Source: a virus (taxonomy: Duplodnaviria > Caudoviricetes). Taken from it: DNA of 61,727 bases. Position numbers and translations under genes: made by a program. Every line of letters starts with the position of its first letter. Within the stretch, counting starts at the first letter, position 1. The DNA lies in IMG/VR virus record IMGVR_UViG_3300020061_000007, positions 1 through 61,727 of that record; one strand, 5' to 3'. Below are positions 37,101 through 43,995 of this stretch, piece after piece. Below the pieces are notes generated by a model that was given only the letters and a program-made list of their open reading frames with translations, did no database searches and was not told where the DNA came from.

Positions 37101-37797
37101 AATGAACGTCGATGTCGAGGCGGCATTGGAACGCGGCGAGCTTTCGGAAAAGGATTTGCTCCGCGCCGGGCAGAACATCGTCAATCGCACGCAGTATAAG
37201 ACCGATGTCACCGAGATTCCGCTATTCTGGTCCAGCGATGCCGGGCGGCTCTTAACGCAGTTCAAGAAGTTTCAGTTCAAGGCCGGGCAAATGATGAAGG
37301 ACGAAGTTTTGGCCGAGATGAAGCGCGGCAATGCCAAGCCGTTTATCAGAGCCGCTTTGATTCTGCCGATCGCTGGTCTTTTGACGGTTACCTTAAAGGA
37401 CTCAGTGCGGTTTGGCGATCAGACGGAACGGGACCGAAACATTGCGGACTATCTTGCCGCGGTCGGCACCTTCGGAGCGTTCACCGACGCCTTTGCAGGC
37501 TCGGGACGCCAGCCGGTCAAGGGACTGCCGTATTTGGCTGGTCCTACGCTCGGCGATGCCGGTTCGTTATGGGAAGCGGCGTTTATCGAAGCTCCGAAGG
37601 GTAATCTTAGACCGGGAGCCAAGTTTGTTGCGCGTCAAGTCCCGGTAGTGGGTCCGTCGATTCGCCAGTTGTTCAATGAGCCGAAGGAACCGAAGTCGAG
37701 CGCGGAGAACAGCCAGCTTTTAAAGGAGCTTGGGATTGATTCGCCGCTGCAAAAAGAGGCGAACCGCAGAATGTTGAAAGATCTTGGGCTCCAATAG
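31165..37797 (+). CDS. Large polyvalent internal virion protein with adenine methyltransferase and ADP-ribosyltransferase-like domains
   Basis: 2210 aa; FFTP, VLEPSAGKG and NPPF (MTase); YHGS..FDKFD..KVGTGEGAQTYGHGLYF; helical C-terminal region. Confidence 0.85.
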   Translation: MPFVADTQEELPRRSSGFVPDPPAPKNWFDQLKSTASDVGQSVSDTAQTLRPVAEAVKNFLSAEPAREFSPSGEDVARVMGGVAKDPTVRAVAQSFPDAARLVPEVAHRIFKPAMPFMGGQPLPDVVRVPLEVAATELRKIDPRAANLLEAGLMTAGAMHGQVGAAVKQAANIPRYGRFAGEPEAARFANARDVTPEAPRALPAPGEPIAAGPPRPARAQPIAEIIKPKAAEPVKSGFVPDEAVKPGFTLEPVANAPTAKVNTFYDDAVKAYTSTTFDERFGNMHGTGATPKSAEASLNKNLTAAKEQGTWRSVEHPTPAPKAKPERPAPYGIQPRGFVPDEAPKGFTRFYRADVEGATKPGGTHWVKASDAERSGYFREGGEYGKANLYVDVPNSYPEIANTLDLNNYIPTRITIPKDSELARQVKPIAPPPETPAVTKPLEARIAKLEAEVERGNAELRGKPAAAPETPRAEVPVPERFQQTAPAEPLKTKPLRTIQGEIGDAVERNVEQVTQSEGNLEYKGKEYEGAVREGKKLRLKDSPDKVIGNPAEMLKVEEKVPFDIAPEIAPDAPQTVTSGPIGSKPPELMTPGEAAQGLHLSGSPVSARDAHRFTISKALDDGKPVNADAMVVYEDLRAKAEELGYKRSGDRYVLGEKASPSFEQTPAGQQAVIPGAEARSVPDAPLRAKRAQTEKPLELEQPGIAAKEPGLFEPKPIPSKNLAPEEIAAADEMRGELGTPKLSTQDSALSTEKPLDPVAERIAQLEKENAELRERKAQKEVSQKSAVASKAPALRRLADGMDAQIEAKMNPASANQNPTHRRAGIIDSMMRDGDRLKAIQTQLRAIADASEAGTLPDSLREVSSRADLETMSGKFYRPSVHNSNLNSILEVTKSKRGLTEDRAQVARANGRLTSPGSSATILYPNDLDAISRVAKAAQDAKPYDAKGVLEDVAKARRMAKLGIETEEKFNKAKADLEQLTGPKTQADPTARRIRELESQLIGTREAGRFFTPKAVAEQVVDAADIRPGMKVLEPSAGKGDLADAIKAAEPEADLSTIEIRSNLREILELKGHKSAGNDFLELKDGDYDRIVMNPPFENGAEMDHVRHAYELLKPGGKLVSIMSEGPFGRTDKKATEFREFLSEVGGESEKLPDKSFTGAGTITQTGVSTRLVTIEKPKDAPGAPNEVAALLSKESAKPQTPTEIETLLRSVYHGSPHTFDKFDISKVGTGEGAQTYGHGLYFAENPKVAETYAKKDPWKMAGPGPHLLKGETYSAKISDATVSKMLDWDKPLSEQPKVLEIVKSVAGPGGQPEKWTGEEAYHALENMVHKPGDGAGDRQRVSELLAQHGIPGIRYLDQGSRSADMGYRIIFPDGKPSNTRWKTKAEAETALGNAGKQGRDTKDAKIEFIDDDTRSTRNYVVFDPDILTEVKRNGGEVAALLSAEKPKAQPAQPLTDILEKPTDTTTTEYSRQLRKQADALSKESMKMMDRVPPGQPVSSTADRNLRERAADKMRKAGNLIKQAEKLEQDISEPTKGRNPIDILKSERGSIRFGPVRMRDGKPVEAPTVDEVKAAVDELTKPVSSKRLIAGGLFEESTKTLSKTMGAEGTELGKLSKAVRNDSELEASAAYQPIKAQLKKMDAKQRANLVEVLEGKSAPLDEKVKTLATTTRIALNKVADRAAQVGLEIKNPVTGEKYPFQPRENFFPHMFGKEMGQIARDPKGRAMLKEKIKASLERAGKEVDDVAVEKALQGAIKTSRTRYGHLEMARIADLGDYSKDAGAVLSRYFADAYRRVNIAEKFGPDLAKGEKLLSEIGLNKGDKAESFARSYFQKVTSTEPEGNLAVKDAVRFATNFQAATKLGQAVISNLSQPAYTAIVAGAKNAAKGYGAAMTKEGRTFADKIILSDTMTDFLKDTGEHIDRSKMGKAADTVLRRTGFTAVERMNRTVSANAGKFFAEDTFEKLLKKPDSARLRYHLEKMNVDVEAALERGELSEKDLLRAGQNIVNRTQYKTDVTEIPLFWSSDAGRLLTQFKKFQFKAGQMMKDEVLAEMKRGNAKPFIRAALILPIAGLLTVTLKDSVRFGDQTERDRNIADYLAAVGTFGAFTDAFAGSGRQPVKGLPYLAGPTLGDAGSLWEAAFIEAPKGNLRPGAKFVARQVPVVGPSIRQLFNEPKEPKSSAENSQLLKELGIDSPLQKEANRRMLKDLGLQ
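33387..33420 (+). repeat. Heptamer repeat (ACTCAG[C/G]) x~5, in frame
   Basis: ACTCAGC ACTCAGG ACTCAGC ACTCAGC ACTGAG. Confidence 0.9.
34719..35489 (+). repeat. 21-bp direct repeats (34719-34739 and 35469-35489) flanking the YHGS domain
   Basis: CGAAGTCGCGGCACTGCTGAG twice, 750 bp apart. Confidence 0.92.
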
Positions 37798-37879
37798 GGC
37801 GAAACAAGATAGAGTAAATTAACACCAAATAATTTGACGCGGTTTGGATTGATCATCTGGACCGTCGCCGAATCCAACG

Positions 37880-37925
37880 AAAAGGCTCTGCTCACTGTCG
37901 ACAGCAGGAGGGTAGGGCCTTTTTT
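37880..37925 (+). terminator. Intrinsic terminator-like hairpin
   Basis: AAAAGGCTCTGCTC / GGGTAGGGCCTTTT stem with T-run. Confidence 0.65.
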
Positions 37926-37951
37926 CGTTGGAGCACGAGGAGAAGCAAGCG

Positions 37952-38173
37952 ATGGCGACGGATTGGAAGTCAACGTGGCTTCATAAGGTCGATCAATTCG
38001 GGGGTCAAGAGCCCATGGGCTCGGGGCCGTTCGGCGCGACCGCATGGGACGACACGAACCTCGCTGCGCCCACGTGGAAATCAACCTGGCTCCACAAAGT
38101 GAACGAATTTGGCGGGCAAGAACCGATGGGAAGCGGGCCGTTCGGGGCCACGATTTGGACTGAGGAAATATGA
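37952..38173 (+). CDS. 73-aa two-repeat Trp/Gly-rich protein
   Basis: RBS GAGGAG; WKSTWLHKV..FGGQEPMGSGPFGAT.W twice with mostly synonymous differences; ATGA-coupled to the next gene. Confidence 0.8.
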   Translation: MATDWKSTWLHKVDQFGGQEPMGSGPFGATAWDDTNLAAPTWKSTWLHKVNEFGGQEPMGSGPFGATIWTEEI

Positions 38174-41100
38174 AATCACGAATTGTCGCTCTGCTTGTTT
38201 TGTTGCTCGCGTTCGCTGTGCCGCTCCATGCCGCCGATACCCAGACGCCGCTGTTGGGGCTCACCAAGCCGGACGCACCGGCGAATACATGGGGCTCAAA
38301 ACTCAACACCAATTTTGACATTTTAGACAAAGCCGTCGGCGTCTCGCTCGGCACCGGCACCACCGGCACCGGCGCACTCGTCTTCAACAACTCGCCGACC
38401 TTCGTCACCCAGATCACCTTGCCGAAAATCATCTGGAGCGGCGGGCCGATCGACTTGACCGGCTCCGGCTCGCCCGAAGGCGTCATCACCGCGGCGCGCG
38501 GATCTACTTACCGGCGCACCGACGGCGGCGCCACCACCAGTTTTTACGTTAAAGAATCGGGCGTCTCGAATACTGGTTGGGTCGCCTACGGCAATCCGGC
38601 CGGCACGGGTGCGCCCGCGGAAGCAACCTATATTACTCAGACTCCGCAAGGCGGACTCACCAGCGAGCAGGCGCTATCCTCGCTTGGAACCGGGCTGTTA
38701 AAAAACACCACCTCCACCGGTGTCTTGTCGATCGCCGTAGCGGGTACGGATTATTGGGGCACGGCCACGGCGATTCCGGTGACCGGCGGCGGCACCGGCG
38801 GCATCAACGCGCCGACCGCGCGCGCCAACCTGGGACTTACCATCGGCTCCGATATTCAGGCGCACAGCAACCAATTGGACGCGCTCGCCAGCACGGTTTC
38901 AAGCGCGGATCGCATCCCCTATTACACCGGCGTCGGTACGGCCACGGTCACGGATTTGACCGCGTTCGGGCGAAATCTCATCGGCACCGCCAACTCGACC
39001 ACGGCCGGGGCGCTTCTTGGCCTGGGCACGATGGCGGGTCAGTCGGCGTCGTCCTACCTGGCGCTTTCCGGCGGCACGCTTACCGGTCAATTGATCGCCA
39101 GCAATTTGGGCGTCTACTTTACCGCATCCGATACCAACCCGGCTTGTACGGCGGGGCTGTACGGTATTTACGCCGATCTCTCCGAAACCAAGCTCAAGCA
39201 GTGTCAAAACGGCGTAGCCAGCGACGTTGGTTCGGGCGGCGGCGGTGGGTCCGGCGACATCGAAGGCGTGACGGCGGGAACGGGCCTCACCGGCGGCGGT
39301 GCTTCAGGATCGGTCACTCTCGATGTGGCGGTCACGGCGCCGATCGAAATCATCACTGATACGGTGGGCTGTTCCGATTGCGCGCTGCTCTCCGGCCACC
39401 TCGGACAGTTCGCGGCGACCACCTCGGCACAGTTGGCGGCCAATCTCACCAACGAGACCGGGACGGGAGTCGCGGTCTTTGGCACCAGTCCAACGTTTAC
39501 CACGGGGATTACCACTCCGGCAGTCATCTGGACCGGCACCGTCCGGGACTTGAGCGGCGCGGGAGATCCGGAAAGCGTCGTCACGGCGCCCGTGGGCTCG
39601 GTCTATCGAAGGACCGACGGCGGGGCGACGAGCACGCTTTACGTTAAAGAAAGCGGCGCCGGCAACACCGGATGGGTGCCCTACGGCAATCCTTCGGGAA
39701 CCGGGGCGCCGACCGATGCAACCTATATTTTAGCCACCGCGAACGGCTCGCTTTCAGCGGAATTCGCGCTCGGCTCGCTCGCTACCGGCCTACTTAGAAA
39801 CACCACCACGACCGGCATTCCGACCATCGCGGTCGAAGGAACGCATTACTACGCGCCCGGGGGAACCGATGTCGCGTTAGGGGATGGCGGAACGGGCTCG
39901 AGCACGGCGGCCGGGGCACGCACCAATCTCGGGCTGGGCACCATGGCCACGCAGGCCTCCAGCTCGGTGACGATCACCGGCGGAAGCATTACGGGCATCA
40001 CTGACCTTTTAGTCGCCGACGGCGGCACCGGTCTATCCGCAGGCACCAGCGGCGGCATTCCTTATTTTTCCAGCACAACCACGATGGCATCGTCCGCGGC
40101 GCTCACGGCCAACCGGCTTTTGCTCGGCGGTGGCGCGGGCGTGGCTCCTACGGTTGTCGGGTCATTGGGCACAACGACCACGGTTCTCCATGGCAATGCG
40201 GCGGGAGCGCCCACATTCGGCGCCGTGTCATTGACCGCGGACGTTTCGGGAATTCTGCCCTTTGCCAGCGGCGGCACCGGGCTCGGATCGGGCACGAGCG
40301 GCGGGCTGCTCTACTTCAGCGGTACAACGACTTTGGCGTCCTCTGCAGCGCTCACCGTAAACGAACCGGTCATCGGCGGCGGTGCCGGTTCTCCCCCCTC
40401 GGTGGGAACCCGCTCCGGCAACACCACTCAGTTCGTTACCACGACCGGCGCGCAGACCTCGGGGAATTGCGTCGAGATCGACGGCTTGGGCAATCATATC
40501 GCGAGCTCGGGCGCATGCGCGGAGGGGCTCAATAACGTCACCGCGGCGTCCACCTTTGCGACCGACAACCGGCTACTCAGATCGGACGGCACCGGACGCG
40601 GCGCACAAGCTTCGAGCGCTTCTCTCACCGATGGCGGCGACTTGACCGTCACGTCTCTTTCAGTGGCCGGCGCGCCGACCAGCACTTGCGGCACCGCGGG
40701 CTGCTTTCAGTTGGGCGAAGGCACCGCGCCAAGCTCATTTCCGCCGACCTCCGTCACGGTCTATGTCCCGGCGAGCGTACCGACCTCTTACGGCGTCGTC
40801 ATGCCAAGCGCAGCGGCGACCGGCTTTGTCAAATGGACGAATAGCTCCAACACGGTCACCGAATCGATCGTCCCGGTGAGCGGGGCAGGCGCCAGCGTCC
40901 TGACATCGGACGGCACCATAAATATTGCCAGCGGCAAGACTTTAACCATCAGCAACACGATGACGCAGGTGGCAACCGACGGCAGCACCATTGCTTTCGG
41001 GACCGGTGGAACCGTCGCCTACACCGGAAATAATTTGAGCGTCTTTGCGGCCACGACCTCGGCGCAGCTCGCAACCGTTCTTAGCGACGAGACCGGCTCG

Positions 41101-43299
41101 GGCGGGGGATTTGTCAGAGCCACCGCGCCGGTCATCACGGGCGGAACTCTTACCGCTCTAACGACCTTTGCTCTGCGCGACACCTCGGCGCCGTTCGATG
41201 TGACCATCGCGGCGGTCAGCTCACCGGCGCTTACGGCAGGACGAATTCTAACCCTCGACATGGCCAACGCGGCGCGCTCGATCACGCTCGGCGGAAACCT
41301 GAGTCTTGCGGCGAACTTTTCCACGAGCGGGGCCAATGCCTTAACTCTGACCACCACGGGGACCACCAACGTCACCCTGCCGACTTCGGGAACCCTGGTA
41401 AGCACCTCGACCACTTCGCTGCCCTCGCTCGCTACGGTTGGCACGGTCACGGGCGGAACATGGGGAACCGGCGCGGTCATTGCCGGAGCAACCATGACGC
41501 TCGGCTCTGATGCCACCGGCGATACTTACTATCGAAACGCCGGCGGCGTGCTCACCCGGCTTGCGGCCGGCAGCAACGGCCAGGTCTTGACGCTCGCTTC
41601 CGGCTTGCCTTCGTGGGCGACCGCATCAGGCGGCGGCACGGTCACGGTGGTCAGCTCCGGCAGCTTGACCTCCACGGCGCTGGTCACCGGCGGCGGCACC
41701 ACGACCCTACAAACGCCATCGGCAACTTCGACTCTAAGCTCAGGCGGCGCCTTGAGTTTGGCGGGTGCGGCTTCGGCTTTAACCTCGCTGACCTTGCGCG
41801 GCTCGACTTCGGGAACAGCGGTCATCTCCGTATCGGCAACGGCGGGAACACCGAACACTATCGTACTACCGACCGCCACCGCAGGCGCGGGAACCTATCT
41901 CAAGAGCGACGGCGGCAGTCCGCAAATCCTCTCCTGGGACTCACCGGCAGGCGCGGGCACCGTGACCAACACGGGAGGCAACTTAACCGCGAACGCGGTC
42001 GTGCTCGGCGCCGGCACCGCGGACACCAAAGTCATCGCGGGTCTGACCTCCGACGGAACTTCGAAGATCGTGCTCGGCGTGGCCGGCGCCTCGGTCGGCG
42101 GGGTCGATTTTAAAAACGCTACCTCGGGAACCATTACGGTTTCTCCGACCACGGGCGCGCTCGGAACCATCGCAATCGTTCTACCGGCGGCGGCGGGAAC
42201 CGTCGCAGTAGCGTCGACCAGCGCCACGGCAACCCAAGCCCTGTTCGCCACGACCACCGCGGGGGCGCCGGCTTATCGCGCGATTGCCACCGGAGATCTT
42301 CCGACTGCGCTCGCCAACCAGACCTCAATCAACGGCTTGGCGATCACCGCATCGACCGGAACCCTGGCAGTTGCCAACAGCAAAACTCTAACGGCTAGCA
42401 ATACCCTGACCTTCACCGGCACCGATGCGTCTTCGATCGCCTTTGGCGCCGGCGGGACCGTTGTCTACACCGGCAGCACTTTGGCGGTGTTTTCCGCGAC
42501 CACTTCGGCGCAGCTCGCCAGCGTGCTCTCCGATGAATCAGGCAGCGCCGGCGGATTTGTCCGGGGCACCGGCGCAACTCTGACCGCTCTGGCAGGGCTC
42601 GGCATTCGGTCATCGGGCGGCGGCGCTTTCGATCTGACGATTGTCAACAGTGAAACTTTAAGCGCCGACCGCGCCCTCACCATTACGCTCAACAATGCGG
42701 CGCGGACGATCAACCTTGGCGGCAACTTGACCACGGCCGGGGCGCTCATCACTTCGGGCGCGAACTCTCTGACGCTCACCACGACCGGCACGACCAACGT
42801 CACTCTTCCAACGACCGGAACCCTCGTGGCTGGCCCTGTAGCCACCGCTGACATCGCCGCCAACGCGGTCACATCCGCCAAGCAGCCCGTGTCACTTACC
42901 CGGCGCGCTTGCACGATGGTGATCGGCGCGGATAACGGCGCGGTGCTGGTCAACGGCGATCTCGCTTTAAACCGCCAGTGTTTCATCCCCGCCACTGGCA
43001 CCGTGGTGGAGTTGATCGTCGCAGCCGACGACGGCACGCCCAACGTCGTTGTGCGAAGGAGCCGGGGCGGGTCGACCGCCAACTTGACCGCCTCCGCCTT
43101 TGCGACGGCGGCGGCCGGCGCGCTCGCCTGCGCCAACACGGCGGGATCGGGAACCGCCATCGATGCGGCGACGACTTGCGCAGTGGCGCTGACGAACACG
43201 GGCCTGGTCGCCGGCGACTGGATCGAGCTTGCCAGCGGGACCGCAGGCGGCACGGCAAAGAGAATGTCAATCGCAGTGGTCTACGTCACCACCGACTAA
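38170..43299 (+). CDS. Giant tail-fibre-like protein with signal peptide (1709 aa)
   Basis: MKSRIVALLVLLLAFAVPLHA-A; then LGLTKP...WGSKLNTNFDILD; GSPEG..TA..GS.YRRTDGG..YVKESG..NTGW x2; TSAQLA..L..ETG x3; GGTG repeats. Confidence 0.88.
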   Translation: MKSRIVALLVLLLAFAVPLHAADTQTPLLGLTKPDAPANTWGSKLNTNFDILDKAVGVSLGTGTTGTGALVFNNSPTFVTQITLPKIIWSGGPIDLTGSGSPEGVITAARGSTYRRTDGGATTSFYVKESGVSNTGWVAYGNPAGTGAPAEATYITQTPQGGLTSEQALSSLGTGLLKNTTSTGVLSIAVAGTDYWGTATAIPVTGGGTGGINAPTARANLGLTIGSDIQAHSNQLDALASTVSSADRIPYYTGVGTATVTDLTAFGRNLIGTANSTTAGALLGLGTMAGQSASSYLALSGGTLTGQLIASNLGVYFTASDTNPACTAGLYGIYADLSETKLKQCQNGVASDVGSGGGGGSGDIEGVTAGTGLTGGGASGSVTLDVAVTAPIEIITDTVGCSDCALLSGHLGQFAATTSAQLAANLTNETGTGVAVFGTSPTFTTGITTPAVIWTGTVRDLSGAGDPESVVTAPVGSVYRRTDGGATSTLYVKESGAGNTGWVPYGNPSGTGAPTDATYILATANGSLSAEFALGSLATGLLRNTTTTGIPTIAVEGTHYYAPGGTDVALGDGGTGSSTAAGARTNLGLGTMATQASSSVTITGGSITGITDLLVADGGTGLSAGTSGGIPYFSSTTTMASSAALTANRLLLGGGAGVAPTVVGSLGTTTTVLHGNAAGAPTFGAVSLTADVSGILPFASGGTGLGSGTSGGLLYFSGTTTLASSAALTVNEPVIGGGAGSPPSVGTRSGNTTQFVTTTGAQTSGNCVEIDGLGNHIASSGACAEGLNNVTAASTFATDNRLLRSDGTGRGAQASSASLTDGGDLTVTSLSVAGAPTSTCGTAGCFQLGEGTAPSSFPPTSVTVYVPASVPTSYGVVMPSAAATGFVKWTNSSNTVTESIVPVSGAGASVLTSDGTINIASGKTLTISNTMTQVATDGSTIAFGTGGTVAYTGNNLSVFAATTSAQLATVLSDETGSGGGFVRATAPVITGGTLTALTTFALRDTSAPFDVTIAAVSSPALTAGRILTLDMANAARSITLGGNLSLAANFSTSGANALTLTTTGTTNVTLPTSGTLVSTSTTSLPSLATVGTVTGGTWGTGAVIAGATMTLGSDATGDTYYRNAGGVLTRLAAGSNGQVLTLASGLPSWATASGGGTVTVVSSGSLTSTALVTGGGTTTLQTPSATSTLSSGGALSLAGAASALTSLTLRGSTSGTAVISVSATAGTPNTIVLPTATAGAGTYLKSDGGSPQILSWDSPAGAGTVTNTGGNLTANAVVLGAGTADTKVIAGLTSDGTSKIVLGVAGASVGGVDFKNATSGTITVSPTTGALGTIAIVLPAAAGTVAVASTSATATQALFATTTAGAPAYRAIATGDLPTALANQTSINGLAITASTGTLAVANSKTLTASNTLTFTGTDASSIAFGAGGTVVYTGSTLAVFSATTSAQLASVLSDESGSAGGFVRGTGATLTALAGLGIRSSGGGAFDLTIVNSETLSADRALTITLNNAARTINLGGNLTTAGALITSGANSLTLTTTGTTNVTLPTTGTLVAGPVATADIAANAVTSAKQPVSLTRRACTMVIGADNGAVLVNGDLALNRQCFIPATGTVVELIVAADDGTPNVVVRRSRGGSTANLTASAFATAAAGALACANTAGSGTAIDAATTCAVALTNTGLVAGDWIELASGTAGGTAKRMSIAVVYVTTD

Positions 43300-43308
43300 A
43301 GGAGAAAA

Positions 43309-43995
43309 ATGACAAGAGGCATCCGGATCTTACTTTTATACTTTTGTACTTTTGTGCCCTTTCACTTCTTGTCGCCTGCCTGGGGCGCGAGCATCCGCAC
43401 GCCGGTGCAGACCGACAACTTCGCCGACAATAACCTGGGTTCGGGAACGGTCACGTGGACCCAGATCAACAACTGTTGCTCGCACATTCAGAACACCAGC
43501 GGAACCGCCAGCAGTGCGCACAGCAGTGAGTCGGTGGTTCAGGCCGACGGCACTTACAGCGCGGATCAGTACGCGAAGTTCAAGATCATCACCCTGCCGA
43601 GTGTTTCCCAAGCCAACGGCGGAATCGGAGTAATCGTCCGCTCCTCCGGCCAACAAGACTCGGCCCGCGACTATTACAAATATTGGGTCGACGGCGCCGG
43701 CAATCCCCTGGCGACAAAGCTCACCAAAGTCATCAACGGCACTCCAACCGATCTCGATTCAACGACTTCTGTTTCGTGGAGCGTCAACGACACCATCGAG
43801 ATCGAAGTCGAAGGAACGACCATCCGAGGTTATCAAAACGGCACTTTGAGAACGACGATAACGGATGCGGCTCTGGCCACCGGCAAGGCCGGGCTCGTGA
43901 TCGGGAACAACGTCGGCGTGGGCGACGATTGGGAAGGCGGCGATGTAACGGCGGGCGCGACGACTCCCATCCGCCATAGGGTGACCAACCAATGA
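43309..43995 (+). CDS. Exported beta-sandwich (concanavalin-like) protein
   Basis: RBS AAGGAG; signal peptide ending AWG-A; beta-rich. Confidence 0.8.
   Translation: MTRGIRILLLYFCTFVPFHFLSPAWGASIRTPVQTDNFADNNLGSGTVTWTQINNCCSHIQNTSGTASSAHSSESVVQADGTYSADQYAKFKIITLPSVSQANGGIGVIVRSSGQQDSARDYYKYWVDGAGNPLATKLTKVINGTPTDLDSTTSVSWSVNDTIEIEVEGTTIRGYQNGTLRTTITDAALATGKAGLVIGNNVGVGDDWEGGDVTAGATTPIRHRVTNQ

Noticed and set aside
37952-38173. RiPP precursor
   Set aside because: No modifying enzymes or transporter nearby; coupled to a fibre-like gene instead.
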